From Candidatus Thorarchaeota archaeon (GTDB taxonomy: Archaea; Asgardarchaeota; Thorarchaeia; Thorarchaeales; Thorarchaeaceae): DNA of 39,493 nt. Both the position numbers and the translations under genes were made by a program. The stretch lies in assembly GCA_048882485.1 (NCBI GenBank), contig JBHLRP010000029.1:1-39493 (forward strand), written 5' to 3'. How positions within the stretch are numbered: position 1 is the stretch's first letter; the number at the start of each line of letters is the position of its first letter. The notes beneath the pieces were generated by a model. It searched no databases, was not told the DNA's origin, and was given only the letters and a program-made list of their open reading frames with translations. Shown piece after piece: positions 34,688-39,493 of the stretch.

Positions 34688-36319
34688 TTGGCTGCTGAGC
34701 AATACCTTTTCGTTGGTATTCTCATAATAGGAGCTGGTTTGGCCAAGTTTGCTGAGAAATATCGATTTCCCTATCCAATCCTTCTAATCATTTCAGGCAT
34801 AGTTCTCGCTCAATTATTCCCAAATCAAGGATTCGTAGAATCAATAGGTATTGAGTTCGTTGCACAGCTAACACTTGCAGCAGTGTTATTCTATGCTGGA
34901 CTCACATTGAATATTAAAGAGCTAAGATTATCGCTAGGCCCTGTCCTGCTCCTTGCAACTCTGGGAGTTCTGCTGACATCCATAATAGCTGGCGTAACAA
35001 TTGCCCTCATTCTTGGTTCCAGCATAGTAGTTGTAGCCGCTGCATACCTAATTGGAGCGATTCTCTCCCCCACAGATCCTGCAGCCCTCTTTTCAGTTCT
35101 AGAAACTGGCGGCGTCAGGGTTAAGCGTAAGCTCTTTGCAATACTTGAAGGAGAAGCAGTGTTTAACGATGCTACAAGTGTTGTGCTAGTCTTGACGGTA
35201 TTTGAGCCATTAGTGGTACTTGCGCTAGCACAAGAATGGAGTCTCGTAATCCTAGATTTCATCTTGAGTATGGGATTGGGAGTTCTTATTGGATATGCAA
35301 TGGCATATGGGATTGGATGGCTACTTCATATAACCGGAGGAGACACGGATATTGCGATTTTGACGGCGGCAACTCCAATACTGACCTATGGAATCGGCGA
35401 GGCAATGTCCTTGCTCCTAGAAGGAGCTAATCTGCCAGGAGTCCACCCTGGAGCTTTAGCTTGTGTCTTTACAGGGATTTTCATGGCAAATGCCAAGCGA
35501 ATAGGCCTAGAGATTCTACCCCAGAAATCCATGCGAGGTGTCATGAAGAATGTTTCATTTGCGTTTGAGATTGTCATCTTCATTCTACTCGGATTCACAC
35601 TGGATACAATGTTTCTGATATCAAATCCAGGCACCGTAATCTCTGGTATCGTAGTCGCTCTCCTTGTAATTCTCGTTGCAAGACCAGTATCAGTATTCCT
35701 TGTTACATCTCCGGATCGAAGCATGGGAGTTCGCGATAGGTTCTTCCTAAGTTGGGCAGGTGTGAAGGGTGTTGCAAGTGCAGCATTAGCTGCCATTGCT
35801 GTTTCCGTCATCACAGAATATCAGATAACGGATTACGACTTGTTGAGCAACCAAATCAATTCGATTGTCTTCATAGTTTTAATGATAAGTCTCGCGTTGC
35901 AAGGGCTCACGACTCCCATTCTGGCAACCAAACTCAACCTCCTGGAAGAGGTTGACCTTGCTGAGGAGATATCTGCACACAGAGATGCGACGAGATATGC
36001 ATTGCTTCAGATGGTCGATTTGTATACTGAAGGGAAGATACCTCAGGACTTGTATTTGCGAATGAAGGCCGAACTTGAAGAAGAAATCTTTACTCTTGAG
36101 GACGAACTCAGGAGATTAGTCACAGATAAGAGAGCGCGTGAACAAGAACTCGAAATCAGAGAGTTAGTGCTCTCGAATAAACTCACCTACCTACAGAATG
36201 AGTACGAGGGAGGAAGACTCTCTGATATTGCATATGATGACGAAAGGAGCGAGATTGAGGCCGAAATTGATGACATCATGATGAGGCTGAAACTCACTCG
36301 AGAGGGCAGACATGCCTAG
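34688..36319 (+). CDS. nhaP: CPA1-family cation:proton antiporter (NhaP-like) with C-terminal helical tail
   Basis: GAILSPTDPAA, LEGEAVFNDA, ARP, WAGVKG, QGLT; GAGGTG RBS. Confidence 0.9.
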   Translation: MAAEQYLFVGILIIGAGLAKFAEKYRFPYPILLIISGIVLAQLFPNQGFVESIGIEFVAQLTLAAVLFYAGLTLNIKELRLSLGPVLLLATLGVLLTSIIAGVTIALILGSSIVVVAAAYLIGAILSPTDPAALFSVLETGGVRVKRKLFAILEGEAVFNDATSVVLVLTVFEPLVVLALAQEWSLVILDFILSMGLGVLIGYAMAYGIGWLLHITGGDTDIAILTAATPILTYGIGEAMSLLLEGANLPGVHPGALACVFTGIFMANAKRIGLEILPQKSMRGVMKNVSFAFEIVIFILLGFTLDTMFLISNPGTVISGIVVALLVILVARPVSVFLVTSPDRSMGVRDRFFLSWAGVKGVASAALAAIAVSVITEYQITDYDLLSNQINSIVFIVLMISLALQGLTTPILATKLNLLEEVDLAEEISAHRDATRYALLQMVDLYTEGKIPQDLYLRMKAELEEEIFTLEDELRRLVTDKRAREQELEIRELVLSNKLTYLQNEYEGGRLSDIAYDDERSEIEAEIDDIMMRLKLTREGRHA

Positions 36320-36390
36320 GTGAGATTCAAGCGCGACGCATATATGGTGGCGATTATCGCAGTTCGCTTGGAAATAGAGGCGTTCTCAGA

Positions 36391-39195
36391 ATGGAAAAAA
36401 GAAGCTCGCAAGAAGGTATGCTAGACTATAGCGAATGCTTAACCAATTTAGGTTCGAATCCTGAGGGACTTACCCAGGAGGAGGCAAGAAAGAAATTAAT
36501 CGAGGAAGGTCCCAATGAGCTTACTCTTAAGGAACGAGAGAATGCGCTCTTCTTGTTTCTAAGACAATTCAATTCACCATTAGTCTACGTTCTAATCGTC
36601 GCAGCAGTAGTTTCCATTGTCGCCGACCATGCGATAGATGCCGTGGTCATTGCTATCATCTTGATAATCAATGCCATAATTGGATTCATACAAGAGTGGA
36701 AAGCTGAGAAGACAATTGAGTCCGTTCGTCAGCTAATCGAGGAGAGATCTCTTGTTGTCAGAGAAGGGGAAGAACGTGATATCCCATCAAGCGAAATCGT
36801 ACCTGGAGACGTTCTGCTCCTTCGAGCTGGAGAGAGAGTGCCAGCTGACGGCAGGGTCCTGTTTGAAAGGAATCTCCATGTTGATGAGAGTCTTCTTACT
36901 GGGGAGAGCGTCCCAATAAAGAAAGATGTTGTTTGTCTAATAGAGAATCCTCATTACTATGAGAAGTCAAACCAGGTCTTTGCAGGATCATTTGTTACAG
37001 AGGGACGAGCTAGAATCCTTGTTGAAGAGACTGGTGACAATACTGTCTTGGGAAAAATAAATCGCGAATTGGCGGATGTTGAGAAAGAAGAATCAACCAT
37101 CGCGGTGCGCCTCAAGAGGCTTAGTGTGTTTTTCCTGATTGCAGCGGTAGCCTTTGTTGGACTAAATTTCATCTTGGGTATCTATCGAGGAATTGAAACC
37201 ACAGAATTACTATTGTTCTCACTCTCTGCTCTTGTTTCAGCCATTCCAGAAGGTTTGGTTGCTATTGTCACAGTGGTGCTATCTGTCGGGGTGTACCGAT
37301 TATCAAGGAAGAATGTGATAGTGAGAAACCTTAGCGTCATTGAAACTCTGGGTGTTGTGAACGTCATTTGTTCAGATAAGACAGGAACGCTCACGAAGAA
37401 TCAGATGATGGTTCGACGAATCCTTACAACCAGCAATATGTTTGAAGCAAGTGGAAGCGGATTCAGTCCAGAAACTGGAGCAATTTTCATTCAGGGATGC
37501 GGTCCAGAGGGGTGTCTAAGGTCGATTGGAGTTGTAGTAGAGACGGATGAAAAAAGAAGAGTTCCAATACGTGGAGGAAGTCTCACGGAATATCCTGACC
37601 TAGAGATGCTGCTGAGCTCAATGGCCTTATGCAATGATTCCGAGGTGTATTCTCTTTGTCTGACAGAAGATGACCCCGTGCGTAAGTGCACCGGAGAAGA
37701 CAGAATCTGGAGAATAAAAGGCTCACCAACGGAGGCGGCTCTGCTTGTTGCGCTAGAGAAAGCTCAACTGCACAAATATGTCCTAGATGAGGCTTGGCCG
37801 CGGGTTTCAGAGATCCCGTTCACCAGCAAGCGCAAATACATGGCGACCTTTCATGTTCCCCGCCTAAAAATTGATGCACTTGATATCACGAGTGGGAATG
37901 GCCTGCTAATTGTGAAGGGTGCGCCGGAGGTCATTGAGTCGTTCTTGGAAAAGCCCTCTGGAACAGAATACTTCGTCGGTGAATTTGCATCACAAGGACT
38001 TCGAGTTCTAGCGTGTGCAGTCAAGGAAATTCCCACAGATTCGCCGCAGATTCGCGAGGAAGACCTGAAGGATATGACATTCCTCGGCATATGTGGCATC
38101 AATGATCCGCCTAGGGAGGGAGTTAGAGATTACATATTGAAATCCAAAATAGCTGGCATTGATGTACTGATGATAACAGGTGATAATGCATTCACTGCAG
38201 AAGCAATTGGGAAGGAAGTTGGGATATTTGATGAAGACCTCGGGCATACAAGCCTAACAGGTGATGACATCGACAATATGAGTGAAGAGGAACTTGAAGA
38301 GGCGCTATCTGGTGGAGCAAAGGTCCTATCACGTACAAATCCAATACACAAGCTCCGTGCTGTAAAAGCCCTCCAAAATCAAGGGCAGCTTGTAAGCATG
38401 ACAGGAGACGGAGTGAATGATAGTCCCGCTCTGCGTCAAGCTAATGTAGGAATTGCAATGGGAATTACGGGTACTGACATTGCTAAGGAAGCCGCGGACA
38501 TAGTTCTTCAGGATGAGAGATTTGAGGCGGTTGTTGACGGAATCGAGGAGGGACGACATATTCTTAATTCGCTACGGAGAGTAGTGTTATTTCTGACCTC
38601 AACAAACTTGGCCGAGAGCTTCGCCATATTGGGGATTCTATTGCTATTCCAGAATCCAGTATTGCTCCTTCCTCTGCAAATCCTTTGGATTAATCTCGTA
38701 ACAGATGGGATGCTTGATGTTGCTCTCTCACTTGAGCCCAAGGAAGAAGGACTCTTGAACCAAGGCCCAGGATCGTTAAGAGACCGGATTCTTTCAAGGG
38801 ACACACTTGGCCGGGCATTTCTGTATGGCATCGTCATGGCAGGCTTCGTGATATTCGTCTATTTCCAACATATTGGCCAATCTGAAGATAAGATACGAAC
38901 CATGCTGTTTGTGTCCCTAATCATTCTCCAATGGTACAGTGTGCAAAACTGCCGATCACCTACCAAATCAATAGCAGAAATGGGACTGTTAACGAACAAG
39001 GTCATATTGGCAGTCTATGTAATCGACATATTGCTTGTCAGCATCCTCTTCCTCATCCCCCCTCTTTCAACTGTATTTGGACTCGTCCAGCTCGAGGTGT
39101 GGGAATGGGTCGAGATTGCCATATTTGGAGTAGTACTGCTCCTGATTGAAGAAGCCAGAAAACAAGTCTCCAGAAGGCTTGCTTCTTCGAATTAG
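36391..39195 (+). CDS. P-type IIA (Ca2+-transporting-like) ATPase
   Basis: LTGES, IPEGL, CSDKTGTLT, KGAPE, DPPR, MITGD, GDGVND, QILWINLVTDG. Confidence 0.93.
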   Translation: MEKRSSQEGMLDYSECLTNLGSNPEGLTQEEARKKLIEEGPNELTLKERENALFLFLRQFNSPLVYVLIVAAVVSIVADHAIDAVVIAIILIINAIIGFIQEWKAEKTIESVRQLIEERSLVVREGEERDIPSSEIVPGDVLLLRAGERVPADGRVLFERNLHVDESLLTGESVPIKKDVVCLIENPHYYEKSNQVFAGSFVTEGRARILVEETGDNTVLGKINRELADVEKEESTIAVRLKRLSVFFLIAAVAFVGLNFILGIYRGIETTELLLFSLSALVSAIPEGLVAIVTVVLSVGVYRLSRKNVIVRNLSVIETLGVVNVICSDKTGTLTKNQMMVRRILTTSNMFEASGSGFSPETGAIFIQGCGPEGCLRSIGVVVETDEKRRVPIRGGSLTEYPDLEMLLSSMALCNDSEVYSLCLTEDDPVRKCTGEDRIWRIKGSPTEAALLVALEKAQLHKYVLDEAWPRVSEIPFTSKRKYMATFHVPRLKIDALDITSGNGLLIVKGAPEVIESFLEKPSGTEYFVGEFASQGLRVLACAVKEIPTDSPQIREEDLKDMTFLGICGINDPPREGVRDYILKSKIAGIDVLMITGDNAFTAEAIGKEVGIFDEDLGHTSLTGDDIDNMSEEELEEALSGGAKVLSRTNPIHKLRAVKALQNQGQLVSMTGDGVNDSPALRQANVGIAMGITGTDIAKEAADIVLQDERFEAVVDGIEEGRHILNSLRRVVLFLTSTNLAESFAILGILLLFQNPVLLLPLQILWINLVTDGMLDVALSLEPKEEGLLNQGPGSLRDRILSRDTLGRAFLYGIVMAGFVIFVYFQHIGQSEDKIRTMLFVSLIILQWYSVQNCRSPTKSIAEMGLLTNKVILAVYVIDILLVSILFLIPPLSTVFGLVQLEVWEWVEIAIFGVVLLLIEEARKQVSRRLASSN

Positions 39196-39199
39196 AATG

Positions 39200-39493
39200 C
39201 TAGAACGACACCTTTCGATAGACATCAGGAAGATGAATTCCAGTCTTGCCCAGGAAGATATCCCGCAGAAGATCAAAGTGTTCATCGAGATCCTTCAAGA
39301 GTTTCTCTAGAGCATGAGGCTCGATATTGGGCTCAACACTCCACATCGTCAGGTAATTGGAGATGACGCCTACCTCAACTGCCCCTTCCTCGAGGTCTCG
39401 AAAGATTGTAATCTTGACCAGAAATTCAGCTTCAAACATATCGAGGATGTCTTGGATGCTCAGTACAATGAGGTCGAGAAACCCCACAAGATC
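39200..39493 (-). CDS. Hypothetical protein (5'-partial)
   Basis: Frame is open to the window end; converges on the ATPase. Confidence 0.5.
   Translation of the reverse strand, partial: DLVGFLDLIVLSIQDILDMFEAEFLVKITIFRDLEEGAVEVGVISNYLTMWSVEPNIEPHALEKLLKDLDEHFDLLRDIFLGKTGIHLPDVYRKVSF

Overview
Gene-dense archaeal chromosomal window with about 30 CDS. I could not support any rRNA, tRNA, CRISPR array or transposase. It has an archaeal/eukaryote-type GlyRS, TrpRS and PPAT, a class II HMG-CoA reductase, an Nre-like protein and GGAGG/GGTGA-type RBSs. It also carries lineage-style secreted proteins with C-terminal anchors and SNAP-like solenoids. Together these point to an Asgard archaeon, most plausibly Thorarchaeia (inference). 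The most striking item is a tail-to-tail pair of cytoplasmic SNAP (NSF-attachment protein)-like genes at 23753-25742: one resembles alpha-SNAP over its whole length, and the other is gamma-SNAP-like and fused to two Ig-like domains. Other highlights are a surface protein with an HL|S GPS/ZU5-type autoproteolysis motif before its TM anchor, a 1958-aa repeat-built surface glycoprotein, a 100-bp duplication of the trpS promoter and first codons, a hidden frameshift in a Zn-ribbon gene, an Fe-S-less RACo-type ATPase, and an amphi-Trp/PhoU-like/NhaP/Ca-ATPase operon. All family calls come from motif recognition by eye; no searches were run.
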